A stretch of 64,000 nt of DNA, from NCBI GenBank assembly GCA_051294375.1, contig CM119269.1:12254896-12318895 (forward strand), in the 5' to 3' direction. Made by a program: the position numbers and the translations under genes. How positions within the stretch are numbered: position 1 is the first letter of the stretch; every line of letters begins with the position of its first letter. Origin of the DNA: Paraspadella gotoi. Taxonomy: Eukaryota; Animalia; Chaetognatha. The notes below the pieces were generated by a model. The model had not been told where the DNA came from and did no database searches. It saw only the letters and a program-made list of their open reading frames with translations. Below, in pieces: positions 42,232 to 55,939 of the stretch.

Positions 42232-42308
<77 letters not shown>

Positions 42309-42424
42309 GATAGCTAAAGATTTGAAATGGGGAAAGAAGTAATTCTGAAATTTTCATTTTAAGAAAGATAGGAAAAATGAACAAAAACGTAAGGAAGAAA
42401 AAGAGAAAAAAATTTAAATATTTA

Positions 42425-42520
<96 letters not shown>

Positions 42521-42644
42521 AAAAAAGAAAGAAAGATAGATAGAAAAAAAAGAAAAGAAAAAAGCGGTATATCTCCATCCAAGAAAACCAAACAATCCAT
42601 TTAATTTCGAGCGCCATAAACAAACAATAAACAAACGGAGATTG

Positions 42645-42750
42645 TGAATTTAATCCCGTCACGTGTACTCGCCGACGTCCAGTCACGTGTTGAGGAAATG
42701 AAGTTCGCTGATTGGTCGAGGCTGACGTCCCACCAACCAATGGGAACAAG
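42645..42750. promoter_or_regulatory. candidate sim promoter/proximal enhancer
   Basis: Within ~100 bp: TAATCC (42651), two GTCACGTG E-boxes (42658, 42682), ATTGG (42711), TGACGTC (42723), CCAAT (42737) and TGGGAA (42741). It is a unique-sequence island between microsatellites, 1.7 kb upstream of the ATG. Confidence 0.55.
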
Positions 42751-42853
42751 AGGATGAAAGCGGAGAGAGAGCGGTGGATCTCATTTCTCTCTGGCGGAGG
42801 AGGAGGTTTCTTTGAGAGCGCGAGAAAAAGGAGAGGAAAGGGAGAGGAGTGAG

Positions 42854-43000
<147 letters not shown>

Positions 43001-43148
43001 CTGAAAGCCGAGGAAACCCAAAATTGAATAGAAAGTCTGATGGAAAAAGAAAGAGATGGATACATAAAAAAATTTGGAAAAAAATAAAAAGAAAAAAAGA
43101 GAATGAAAGAAGAGGAAAGAGGAGAAAATGGAAAAGATATTGAAAGAA

Positions 43149-43825
43149 AAGTAAAGTAAAGGGAAAAGTTATAGAAATGAAAAGGAAGCAAAGGGAAAGA
43201 TGTAGAAATGAAAAGGAAGCAAAGGGAAAAGATGTNNNNNNNNNNNNNNNNNNNNNNNNNNNNNNNNNNNNNNNNNNNNNNNNNNNNNNNNNNNNNNNNN
43301 NNNNNNNNNNNNNNNNNNNNNNNNNNNNNNNNNNNNNNNNNNNNNNNNNNNNNNNNNNNNNNNNNNNNNNNNNNNNNNNNNNNNNNNNNNNNNNNNNNNN
43401 NNNNNNNNNNNNNNNNNNNNNNNNNNNNNNNNNNNNNNNNNNNNNNNNNNNNNNNNNNNNNNNNNNNNNNNNNNNNNNNNNNNNNNNNNNNNNNNNNNNN
43501 NNNNNNNNNNNNNNNNNNNNNAGGAAGCAAAGGGAAAAGATGTAGAAATGAAAAGGAAGCAGAGGGAAAAGTTATAGAAATGAAAAGGAAGCAGAGGGAA
43601 AAGATATTGAAAAAAATGTAGAGGGAAAAGTTAATAAAAAAAAGAAGATTTTTAAAATGCAAAGTGTGGAGAAAAAGTATTAAAAATATACAAAACTATC
43701 AGGAACTAAGAAGAATTAATAAAAAAATATCGGAAAAAGAGAAAAAGAGAGAAAGAGAAGAGTCTTCAGGTTCCTTTGTTTGTCTCTGTTTGTTTAGTTA
43801 AGTCGGACTTTTTTACGTCGTTTTC

Positions 43826-43859
<34 letters not shown>

Positions 43860-43973
43860 NNNNNNNNNNNNNNNNNNNNNNNNNNNNNNNNNNNNNNNNN
43901 NNNNNNNNNNNNNNNNNNNNNNNNNNNNNNNNNNNNNNNNNNNNNNNNNNNNNNNNNNNNNNNNNNNNNNNNN

Positions 43974-44007
<34 letters not shown>

Positions 44008-44812
44008 CTTCATCTCTTTCCATCTCTTTCTCTTAGTACAAGAATTTTTTTTCATTGTGAATTTAAACATTTTTTTACTTCTAAATTTAGATGTATTTAT
44101 ACATAAATAAAATCAAAATTCATACTATTTTTGGGCGACTCAGGCCTCTTTTTTACTTTTTTCTTTTTATTTTCGAAATAGAGAGAGATAATGAAAGGGA
44201 AGGGAAAAGATGTAGATGAAGAACGGAAAAGTGTAAATAATGTTAAAAGAAAAGGCAGCAAGGGGAAATGAGATGAAAAAGGAAGCAAAGGGAAAGAATG
44301 TAAAAAATGAAAAGGAGCCAAAGGGAAAAGATGTAGAAATGAAAAGGAGAAGCAAAGGGAAAAATAGATGTAGAAAATGAAAAAAAGAAGCAAAAAAGGG
44401 AAGGAAATGTAGAAATTATGAAAAAGGAAGCCAAAGGGAAAAAGATGTAGAAATGAAAAGGAATGCAAAGAGGAAAAGATGTAGAAATTGAAAAGAGTGA
44501 AGCCAGAGGGAAAAGTTATAGAAAAGAAGGCAGAGGGAAAAGATATTGAAAAAAATGTAGAGGGAAAAGTTATAGGTGAAAGCTATAGAAATTTTATGCA
44601 TTTAATGTGGTATGAAAAAGCTATTAAAAAATATACAAAACTATGCAGGAACTCAGAAGAATTAATAAAAAAATATCGGAAAAAGAGAAAAGAGGAGAAA
44701 GAGAAAGCTCTTCAGGTTCCTTTGTTTGTTCTGTTTGTTTTAGATGTCGGGACTTTTTCGTCGTTTCCCCATCTCTCTCTCTCTCTCTCTCTCTCGTCTC
44801 TCTCTATCTCTT

Positions 44813-44844
<32 letters not shown>

Positions 44845-45026
44845 CTGTTTCTTTCATCTCTTTCCATCTCTTTTTCTTTAGTAGCAAGATTTTTTTTCAT
44901 TGTGAATTTAAACATTTTTTTACTTCTAAATTTAGATGTATTTTATACATAAATAAAAATCAAAATTCATACTATTTTTGGGCCACTCAGGCCTCTTTTT
45001 TACTTTTTTCTTTTTTATTTTTCGAA
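43149..45026. repeat. ~1-kb noisy tandem duplication containing a ~31-bp minisatellite
   Basis: 43520-44180 is repeated at 44420-45026 with many indels. The minisatellite unit is approximately gaaaagatgtagaaatgaaaaggaagcaaagg. Confidence 0.85.
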
Positions 45027-46147
45027 ATTTTTTTTTTTTTTTAGTTGAATTCGATATGAATTTCAAAGAGGAAAACGAAATTTGGATAAAAATATTTTTA
45101 GCAGTTTTTTTTTGGGGGTAGAGTAGGGTGGAGGCCGTTAAAGGGGAGAGGAAAAGGAAGAGGAGGGAAGGACCTGAGGAGAAAGAACGGGAAGACGAGG
45201 AGGGAGAGGAAGAGAAGGGATGAAGAGGAGGGGAGGAGGAAGAGGGGAGAGAAGAATGGGGAGAGAGGGAGAGGAACGAGTAGAGGACGGTGAGGAAGAG
45301 AAAGGGCGAGGGACCAGGGAGATGAGAAAAGAGGAAATTGGGGAAAGTTGGCGGGATGGGGGAATGGTGACTTGGGATCAGTAATTAGGGAGGGTTGTGG
45401 GATGGGGTCCACTGCCAGAGTGGGGGAACTTCGCGGTTTGAAAAGCCTCTCGGTCTCAGAGAAACTCATTGACGTTGACTGCGTTGTTGGAAGATGGTGA
45501 AGGAGAGTGGATGCCTGCTTGAAGAAAGAATGCGAATGTGGCAGCTTCGAGGTCTGTGAGGAATGTTCCAAGGTTGCTGGAGATGTTGTTGATGTTCGTT
45601 GATGTTGTTGATGTTGTTGATGTTGTTGAATGCTGTTGTGATGTCGGATGTTGTTTATGTTGTTGATGTTGATGTTTGTGGAATTTTGTTTAACAGTGAA
45701 TAAAGGAAGTAGCCCAAGGTTACGTTATAGTCGTATAAATACGTATGTAGACATGTAATTGTATTAGTATAATGAAAGTTTTAAATTATTTAAAAATTGC
45801 GGAAGAAACGGCGAAAACTGAAAAAAAAAGAGAGGAAAGTAATAAAGGAAGATAAGAAAATAAAAAGAAAATTGGAAGGAAAAGTAAAAAGGAGGAAAAT
45901 ACGAAAAATGAAGGAAGGAAAAAAATTAAGGAAGATAGAAAAAAAAGAAAAAAGAAAAAAAAAATTGAAAAAGAAAAAATGAGAAAGAAAAAAAAGAAAA
46001 AGAAAAGGGGAAAAAGATAAATAATGTAATACATATTATGTATACAAAGGAAGGAAAGAAGTAAAAGTACAAAAGAACAAGAAGAAAGAAATGAAAGGAA
46101 GGAAAAAAAAGGAAAAGAAGGACTCCGTTAAAATGGAGAAATAGATG

Positions 46148-46249
<102 letters not shown>

Positions 46250-46892
46250 CTATTTTCGCCCGAACCTCGAGCGCGAAAATTATTCATGGCAGAAAGGTGC
46301 GATGTTGATTCAGGGGAAAAGAGCGGGCGCTGCGGCGGCGGCAGGCGGCGGCAGGCGGCGCAAAGAGCACGAACGAATCCTTCCCAAACAGCGACGCCCA
46401 GATCGGAGGCGTTCTCGCTGGCGGCGTCAGGTAAGATGATTTACGAGGAAGGAAATGGATATTTGTAAAAAATAGTAAAAACCAAACTTTTTTAAAAAAA
46501 ATTTTTCGAGACAGTCCTTTTAATACTAATATTTGACTAAATTGATTACTTAGTTATCATACATTGAATAAAAAAATTTAAAAAAAAACTTTGTTTTTAC
46601 ATTAAAGAAAGAAAAATATTTCTATTTTAAGTTTACAGTTTCAAATGTCTATAGCCTTTTCATGCTTTGTTCAGTACGAAAAGATTGTATTTCTAAAGAA
46701 ATATTACTACAATAAAGCAAAAGTCGTTACTTTTTTTTTAGCAAAACAAAAAAAGTACTTTCTTGAATATATTTATGTATTGGGCGTTTTTTCGGTCGAC
46801 GCGTGTTCGTCATCCTCTGCGTGAGTTCGTGACGAATTGAGACGCTAGATGGCGGACGGGCAGCTTGCTGCTGCTTCTGCTGCTGCGGGAGA

Positions 46893-46940
<48 letters not shown>

Positions 46941-47067
46941 GAAGAGAAGAGAGAAGAAGAGAGAGAAGGAGAGAGAGAGGAGAGAGAAAATGAAATTCAT
47001 GGGCACGAAGGCCGAAGATCGGCAAAAGTTTCAGCGATGGTAGAGACGCGAGCGAGAGGAAGAGGAA

Positions 47068-47102
<35 letters not shown>

Positions 47103-47152
47103 AGCGACAGAAAACATTCACCAAAATATATTCTCTCTCTCTCTCTCTCTTC

Positions 47153-47223
<71 letters not shown>

Positions 47224-47326
47224 TTCTCTGAGCTTTTTATACAGGTCGAATTAGTCATTGAATTTAACACATTAAATCTAAGACATTAAACATTATNNNN
47301 NNNNNNNNNNNNNNNNNNNNNTCGAA

Positions 47327-47522
47327 TTTTTAGTCGGATCTGCCTTTATCAGCAGATTCCCGACTCCTTATAATTCATTGTTGGTCCGTCGGTCCGCCCC
47401 CTTCAATATGTCGGCAATCACTTATATCATGTCCAAGAAAAACAATCGATTATTATAAATTATGCAAAAAAATGAGTGTCGTCGTCCGTCCATCTGTCCG
47501 TCCGACCGTCCGTCACGTACGT
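47327..47522 (+). mobile_element. possible non-autonomous Helentron/DINE-1-like fragment
   Basis: T-run start tttttagtcggatctgc...gcagattcccgact (short inverted repeat), then a GTCC/CCGT microsatellite. A related copy lies in reverse at 57880-57946, and the gtcggatctgcct motif recurs at 57668 and 63988. Confidence 0.4.
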
Positions 47523-47599
47523 CCACCTTAGAGTTTAAAAGGAAAAAACAAAAATATAATCACTATTGAACACTCAATTGTTCATGAGTGGATGGGCCG

Positions 47600-48320
47600 A
47601 TTGACCTGGAATTCTTTGTATGTGGGTAGTGAAAGTGTGTGATTAAAACAGGAAAATCAAGTTATGATGGAAATATGTTGACAGTTGGAAATGAGTTTAA
47701 TGGAAAAAAACAAAACATCCTGTTTCACTAATGTGATATGCTTTCTTTCCTTTATATTAAATGTGAAGCAGGAAGTATTAATAAATCAAATAATAAATCC
47801 AGTTAATAATCAATTAGTAAATAAACCTTAATCAATAATTATAATTAATTAGTCAATCATCCGTCCCACCTTAAGCAAAAAGCCTCCAATACTCGTGATT
47901 GGCTGGTTGGATGGAATTAAATTTGTGGTGTGGGTAGGAAAGTGTGTGATAAAGCTTGGAATATAAAGTTTTCCGAATCGCTGATGAGTCGAACATAGTC
48001 GCATTTTACTAAAATCTTTTACTTAATTTTAATCAATAATACTATTAATTATCATATTGGAAATGGATATGACTGAGTGATTTGTGTGTGGGGTAGGAAA
48101 TGTGTGACGGAAGCTATATATAAAGTTTCGGTGGAAACGTACGCAGTGGAATGAGTTTAAATGAAAAAAATATGAGTCACATTAACTTGAATCTTTTTAT
48201 TTATTTTACCCATGTAGAGTTAGATGAAATTTTTGTGAGCTGGTGGAAAGTGAGTGAAGAAGCTAAGAATAATAAAGTTTGGACGGAATGCCTAAGTTGA
48301 AAAATATGAAGTTAAATCAA
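47600..48320. repeat. four noisy copies of a ~100-bp motif
   Basis: tgtgggtaggaaagtgtgtga...aagct...ataaagttt recurs near 47620, 47930, 48085 and 48240. Confidence 0.7.
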
Positions 48321-49752
48321 ATGAATTGATCAGGCAAGTAAGAAAAAGATCTTAAAAGCATAAGGATCGGTCGCAATGTTGCATAAAAATAGAGAGAGAG
48401 AGAGAAGAAAGAGAGAGAGAGAGCAGAAAGAGAGAGATTAAGAGAGAGAGAGAGAGAAAAGAGAGGAGAGAAGGAGACATAAATAAAATAGAGGATATTT
48501 GTTATGTTTTTGATAAAAATGTAAACAAAACATTTAATAATTGTCCTGACTCAATTTTTAAGGACATGGTCGATGATGACTAAGCTGAATATGAATTATA
48601 ATTAATTATTAAAATTAATTAATTCAATTAATCGATAATTAATTAATTAATTATTAATTTAACGTAGGCAGAATCCGTACATAATGAATTTGTGATAAAC
48701 ATTGTTTTTTTTTAGTTTGAATTCGATATGAAAATTCAAAAGAGGAAGCGAAATGGATAAAATTTTTTTAGCCAGTTTTTTTTTGGGGGGAGAGAGGGGG
48801 AGGCGTAAAGGGGGAGGAAAAAGGAAGAGGGAGGAGGGAGGAGAAAGAGGGAAGAGAGGAGGAGAGGAAGAGAAGGGGGAGAAGAGGAGGGGAGAGAGAG
48901 GGGAGGGAAGAGAATGGGGGAGAGAGAGAGAGGGGTGAGGAAGAAAAGGGGAGGGACCGAGAAAAGAGGAAATTGGGGAAAGTTGGGGGGCGGGATGGGG
49001 AATGGTGACTGGGATCAGTAATAGGGGAAGGGTTGGGATGGAGTCTAGCCAAGAGTGGGGGACTCGGTGAAAAGCCTCGGTCGAGAACTCATGAGTTCGT
49101 GCGTTGTTGGGAAGAGACGGGATGCTGCTTGAAAGAAAAGAATGCGAATGGGAGCTCGAGGTCGGTGAGATGTCCAAGTTGCTGGAGATGTTGTTGATTG
49201 TTGATGTTGTTGATGTTGTTATGTTGTTTGATTGTTGTAGTTGTTGATGTTGTTGATGTCGATGTTGTTTATGTGTGTTGATGTTGATGTTTTGGAATTT
49301 TGTTTAACAGGAATAAAGGAAGTACCAAGGTTACGTTATAGTCGTATACGTATGTAGACATGTAATTGTATTAGTATAATGAAGTTTAAAATATTTAAAA
49401 ATATGCGGAAGAAAACCGACAAATGAAAAAAAGAGAGGAAAGTAATAAAGGAAGATAAGAAATAAAAAGAAAATTGGAAGGAAAGTAAAAGGAGGAAAAT
49501 ACGAAAAAATGAAGGAAGGAAAAAAAATTAAGGAAGATAGAAAAAAAAGAAAAAAGAAAAAAAATATTGAAAGAAAAAAGAGAAAGAAAAAAAAAAGAAA
49601 AGAAAAGGGGAAAGATAAATATGTAATACATATTATGTATACAAAGGAAGGAAAGAAAGTAAAAGTACAAAAGAACAAGAAGAAAGAAATGAAAGGAAGG
49701 AAAAAAAAGGAAAAGAAGGACTCCGTTAAAATGGAGAAATAGAATAGATGAA

Positions 49753-49863
<111 letters not shown>

Positions 49864-50524
49864 TACTCCTCTTCTTTTTTTCGCCCGAACCTCGAGCGCG
49901 AAAATTATTCATGGCAGAAAGGTGCGATGTTGATTCAGCGGGAAAAGAGCGGGCCGCTGCGGCGGCGGCGGCAGCGGCGGCAGCGCGGCAAAAGCACGAA
50001 CGAATCCTTCCCAACAGCGACGCCCAGATCGGAGGCGTTCTCGCTGGCGGCGTCAGGTAAGATGATTTACGAGGAAGGAAATGGATATTGTAAAAATAGT
50101 AAAAACCAAACTTTTTTAAAAACAAATTTTTTCGAGACAGTTCCTTTTTAATACTAATATTTGACTAAATTGATTACTTAGTTATCATATCATTGAATAA
50201 AAAATTTAAAAAAAAACTTTTGTTTTTAATTAAAGAAGAAAAATATTTCTATTTTAAGTTTACAGTTTCAAATGTCTATAGCCTTTTCATGCTTTGTTCA
50301 GACGGAAAGGAAGATTGTTATTTCTAAGAAATATTACTACAATAAAGCAAAGAGTCGTTACTTTTTTTTTAGCCAAAACAAAAAAAGTACTTTCTTGAAT
50401 ATATTTATGTATTGGGCGTTTTTTCGGTCGACGCGTGTTCGTCATCCTCTGCGTGAGTTCGTGACGAATTGAGACGCTAGATGGCGGACGGGCAGCTTGC
50501 TGCTGCTTCTGCTGCTGCCGGTGA

Positions 50525-50588
<64 letters not shown>

Positions 50589-50699
50589 GAGAGAGAGAGG
50601 AGAGGAGAGAGAGAGAGAGAGAAATGAAATTCATGGGCACGAAGGCCGAAGATCGGCAAAAGTTTCAGCGATGGTGAGACGCGAGCGAGAGAAGAGGAA

Positions 50700-50734
<35 letters not shown>

Positions 50735-50759
50735 AGCGACAGAAAACATTCACCAAAAT

Positions 50760-50824
<65 letters not shown>

Positions 50825-50916
50825 CTCCTCTCTCTTCTCTTCTCTCTTTCTCTGAGCTTTTTATACAGGTCGAATTAGTCATTGAATTACAATTAATCTA
50901 ACATTAACATTTAAAT

Positions 50917-52092
50917 TTAACATTAGTAATTAACACCGGATGAAAAACTAATTACAAGAAAGTAACAAAAAACTAAGCGTACAACAACAGTATAGTCTTG
51001 TTATGTGGTTTTTGTCGTCGTTGTTTGCAATTACATACGCAACATGTCCGTATGTTCGATTGTGCCAATGGACAATGTCCATGTCTCGGTGATTCTGTAG
51101 CCCGAATTTCAGACTCAAAATTATCATCGAAATCATGACGGAGAATCAGTGCGATGACGCATTACCCGAGTTTTGAGCATTTTTAACAGAAGTGAGACAA
51201 AACTAAGAAACAGACTGACAGACCGAACAAACGACTGATAGACCGACCCTACCTAGTAGCAAAAAAGATTGTCAGAGTCGTCGCTGTCGTCTGCTTAAAT
51301 CGTCGGCATTGTCATTCGTTACATAATCTTTTAAATTTAAACTAACATTGGATATTCTAATAAGATATTTGGGCGTTTTTTATTTAACTTCTGACCTAAT
51401 GTTACTCAGAAACTCCACTTATCAATGTAAACAAAACAACGTAAAACTAAAAATGTACAAACTTTAGAATTTAAATATTTGTGTTCGATTAAAAAAAAAA
51501 TAAAAATCGAACGAAAATCGATTTAACATTAGTAATTATCAACCGGATGAAAAACTAATTACAAGAAAGTAACAAAAAACTAAGCGTACACAACAGTATA
51601 GTCTTGTTATGTGGTTTTTGTCGTCGTTGTTGCAATTACATACGCAACATGTCCGTATGTTCGATTGTCCAATGGACAATGTCCATGTCTCGGTGATTCT
51701 GTAGCCGAATTTCAGACTCAAAATTATCATCGAAATCATGACGGAGAATCAGTGCGATGACGCATTACCCGAGTTTTGAGCATTTTTAACAGAAGTGAGA
51801 CAAACTAAGAAACAGACTGACAGACCGAACAAACGACTGATAGACCGACCTACCTAGTAGCAAAAAAGATTGTCAGCGCCGTCGCTGTCGTCTGCTTAAA
51901 TCGTCGGCATTTAAACTAACATTGGAGGTGGATATTCTAAAAAGATATTTGAGCGATTTTATTTAATTCCTGGTACTCAGAAACTCCACTTATCAATGTA
52001 AACAAAACAACGTAAACTAAAAATGTACAAACTTTAGAATTTAAATATTTTGTTGTTCGATTAAAAAAAATAAAAAATCGAACGAAAATCGA
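50917..52092. repeat. ~600-bp tandem duplication
   Basis: 50917-51525 is repeated at 51523-52092 with small indels. Confidence 0.9.
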
Positions 52093-53144
52093 CTGATTTT
52101 TTCGACTTCGACGTCATTTTGATGAATTTTCGACTAATTAATTATAATTGGAAAAAAACAACCCGTATTTCTGTGAAAAGAGAAGACGACGACGACGACG
52201 ACAACGACGACGACGATGACGACGGTGACAGAAGAGGAGTAAAAAAATTTTAGGGAAGTCTCCAAAATAAGTACAGCGACTTTGACAGGAATAACAACGA
52301 TATTCTGTTAAAGGAAAATAATTTGTAAACAATGTGGGAATTCGATGTGTTGCTTTTTCTTTGGCAAAGAGAATAAAAGATGTGAATGATAGTTAATGAC
52401 AGATTTTTGTATTTTTGTGTTTGAATAGTGAGAGTTCTAGAATAGTGAGAATAGTAGGAATTCTAGAGAGAGGAAAGAGTGAATGAAATTAGTAAATAAC
52501 AAGACGCAGTTGAAAATCTTGATAAATGAGTTATTTAACAAAGAGATGAACGAATTCATAAATAAGGTAATGTATTAATTAATGAATAAATGAATGAAAG
52601 ATAGAGTGAAGTAAGAAAGATGACCTGTTGTCATTTTTCGCTCTGTAGTATAACATAGAATCCGTGGATACTATTAGAAAGACATATTGATTTGGTTTAG
52701 CCGTTAATACTAAATTATTAAGTTTTAAAGTTATCAAGTTATCAAGTTTAAGTTATTGGTAATATTATGTAAAGTTGGTTCAAAGTTCAGTAATGTGCAG
52801 AGCCTTTTTGACTAACATTCTCTTTCTCAGTCAATGAATGAGAAAAGTTATTAGTATATGCACCGCCAATATTCTACATGGACATTGGACATAGACGAAA
52901 GTATCGTAATGTCTTGTTCACAAATAAATTCGACAACGTAAGCTTAACTAAAAAAGGCTTGAGAATTTTAAAACAGGAGCGAAAAAGTTTCTTGGAACAT
53001 CAAGACAACAACAACGACAACGACGAGGACAACGACAATTAGACGAAACACGGAAATCGGTAAATGTGATGAATTTTTCGCGGAAAAAAATTATTTCCTT
53101 GGGTTTTTAAATTTCGCGTATCGACGAATTGTCACGAAAGATCT

Positions 53145-53201
<57 letters not shown>

Positions 53202-53212
53202 AGAGGAGAGAG

Positions 53213-53248
<36 letters not shown>

Positions 53249-54569
53249 GAGAGAGAGCAGAATAGTATATACCGAAGGCTTGGCGTTATTTTTTCCGACG
53301 GCGTCTTGAGATTCTCAAAAGCGGCGAACAAAATGGAAGAAGGAAAAACGAGTGGATGAGATGAGATCCCGTGTCATTTCAAGGGGAGGAGGAAGAGGAA
53401 GAAGAGAGGGTCGGGCCAATTGAGGAGGAGAGGGAAGAGGAAGAAGAGACAATAGTCACAGAGGAGGAGGAGGGGGAAGAGGAGGAGGAGAAAAACCCCG
53501 CGAAGAAGACCCCCGACGAAGGAGGAGGAGGAGGAGGAGGAAGAGGAGTCGTCGTGCCGAGTTTAAGGAGCAGAATACGAGATGACTGGAGCTTTTTGCT
53601 CCATCGCGGGAGAAGGAGAAGACGACGAAGGCGACGATAAGGATAACAATAACAACAACAGTCCGTAGATGGAAAAATGACAATAGTTGAAAAATAGCTA
53701 CAACTATATTTAAATATTTTCATAAAATATATATTTTTTTTTACTCTTAAATTTAACTTTAACAGTCTAATATGAAAAAGAAACGAATCCCCTAAAAAGT
53801 TAAACTTAGCCTATATACTTATCATCCAACTAAATCGATAAAGAAATTATAGATGGGTTTTTCCTCTCATTCAATACTAATGAAAAATATTTTAACTTCT
53901 TTTTGAGAAAATAAAAGACTGAAAATATTTTATTTATATTATTATATTTTATTTATATATTTATATAACGAGCAATTTTTTAGCTCACTTCGAAAAACCA
54001 CATGCCTTCGTAAAAACAATAAATATCGGGAAAGTTTAAAATAGATTTATTCATTATTATATTATCCTTATTACTATATATTTCTGGTATAAGAAATAAA
54101 CATCTGTTCAAGAGATAAAGAGAGAGGGACAGACAGAGGCGAGAGAGCGTGAAGGAAGACAGAAAAAAACCAGTACGGAATTGTTGAGCATATCTAGTTA
54201 TAAGAAATATGATTCATATTTTATAGTGACTTATAAAAGATTATTTAGTTTTTCTTTTCAGTTTAGTACTTAATAAATTTATTATATTTAACATTATATT
54301 ATATTATATTACATTATATTACATTATATTATATTCAACGAGAAAAAGAAACAAAGGAAACGAAACTTTTGTCAAAAGTACTCCTCGCTCAGTTTAAAAA
54401 TCCAACGCGAGGGCGGCGTATTGAACAATTATAAAAACAGAAGAACAGCTTCTGTATTGTGCGTAGAAATGAATCTTTTAATCCTTTTTAATATGTGTTT
54501 ATGCAGATCAATTAAAGCAGTAAATTAATTAATAATTTAAACCTTCACTAAAAATTAAATTTATTAGAA

Positions 54570-54626
54570 AAGCGCCGCGTGCCACTAAAATGCTTGTTGG
54601 CGACCGGGCTAGAACCCGGGACTTTG
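54570..54626 (-). mobile_element. family A SINE fragment (B-box region)
   Basis: Reverse complement caaagtcccgggttctagcccggtcgcc...gcggcgct matches 55119-55176. Confidence 0.5.
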
Positions 54627-55084
54627 TCTTGAAATAAAATAACCAGAACATACGATCAGAACATACGATTCTACAAGGTAGTCTTATCCTTATGATAAAA
54701 ATAATCATACAATATAATCCTTCCCAAAATAATTATCCATTCCCCCTTTTTGTTCGGCCTTCTAGATATTATGAGCTTCAAATTAATGATTTTCCAACAG
54801 GAATGATGTACTATATTTATTAGAAAACTGGAACAGAAGACAACACTAACATTCTCATCCCAAACAGATAAATAATATTATATTTAATTAAATCTTTAAA
54901 AAAAAAATAGTGAAACAAGTAATTTTGCAACTTTTATAGTATAACTGCAGAATATTACTACTTTCGTTTTTATTTACAGTTACCAAACGAGTTTTAATTT
55001 GTTTTCTTCTCTCAAAAACTCGTTATCAAAATGGAGGATTGGATCAACTTATGGTGGACTAAAATCCACCAACCGTTCATCAGC

Positions 55085-55279
55085 AGCCATTGGTGCCGGA
55101 GGCAAGTCATTCGCCTCCCAAAGGTCCGGGGTTCTAGCCCGGTGGCCGCCTAGCAGTTAAGAGGGACGGGGCGCTTAACCCGCCTGTAACATGGTGTTAC
55201 AGCCTGATCCGAAGCTCAGGAACTGCTTATATTGAACGGTTCTGTCACTATCACATATCAATAATTACTGTCTCTTCAA
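55085..55279 (+). mobile_element. tRNA-derived SINE-like element (family A)
   Basis: A/B-box-like head (tggtgccggagg...GGTTCTAGCCC). Body and tail recur at 60289-60377, and the head recurs inverted at 54570-54626. Confidence 0.55.
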
Positions 55280-55506
55280 ACTCAATTTTAATTTTAATTT
55301 TAATAAAAGTAAAGGAAATTTTTTTTTAAAATACCCTGAATGACAATTCCTACTAACAAAACAGGAATCCGATTCTAAATATGTTTTAATTTATCTATTT
55401 TTCTTTATTTTTGATTTGTTCTTTTGTTTCCCGAAGAAACAGTGACGATAATATATAATTGGTACAACCAATATAAAAAATTATCCATTCATTTAATAAT
55501 ACGCTA

Positions 55507-55730
55507 TTGAAGAGACAGTAATTATAGTTATGTAATTGGTACAACCAATATAAAAATTATCCATTCATTTAATAAATAAGCTATCTTGCCCCTGACTTTG
55601 GACAGGCTTTGGTGGTTTAAGGCCTCCATCACTCTTACAAGATAATGACATAGCAGGTCCCTGCAAGCATTCAATCAAGACTCTCTCACAGTCTCGTTTA
55701 TTCACTCCCAGAGTACCTGGCTTCCCTATC
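55507..55730 (-). repeat. family B repeat copy with 3' tail
   Basis: Reverse complement of the 19969-20168 element, ending in cataactataattactgtctcttcaa. Confidence 0.8.
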
Positions 55731-55939
55731 AAAGAAATGAAAAATATTTCAAAGAATGTTTCAATTGTATGACAACGAAATCTTCCCCGGAGAGACGTCA
55801 ACCGTCATCCCGACTTTCGTCAACTGCGACCAGAACGCCGTTTTTTTCTCCTTCAAAGGAACGGAACACGAAGCTTTCGTTCAAGACCCGCAACCGTCTT
55901 GTTCGTCAGATTTCGTCGCTTTAATTTAAAAAGAATTAG

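Noticed and set aside
47975-48005. CTGATGAGTCGAA as a second hammerhead
   Set aside because: There is no stem II or GAAA box; it is a noisy variant within a four-copy local repeat.
53371-53640. Glu-rich 89-aa ORF
   Set aside because: It is built from GAG/GGA simple repeats with no domain or splice support.
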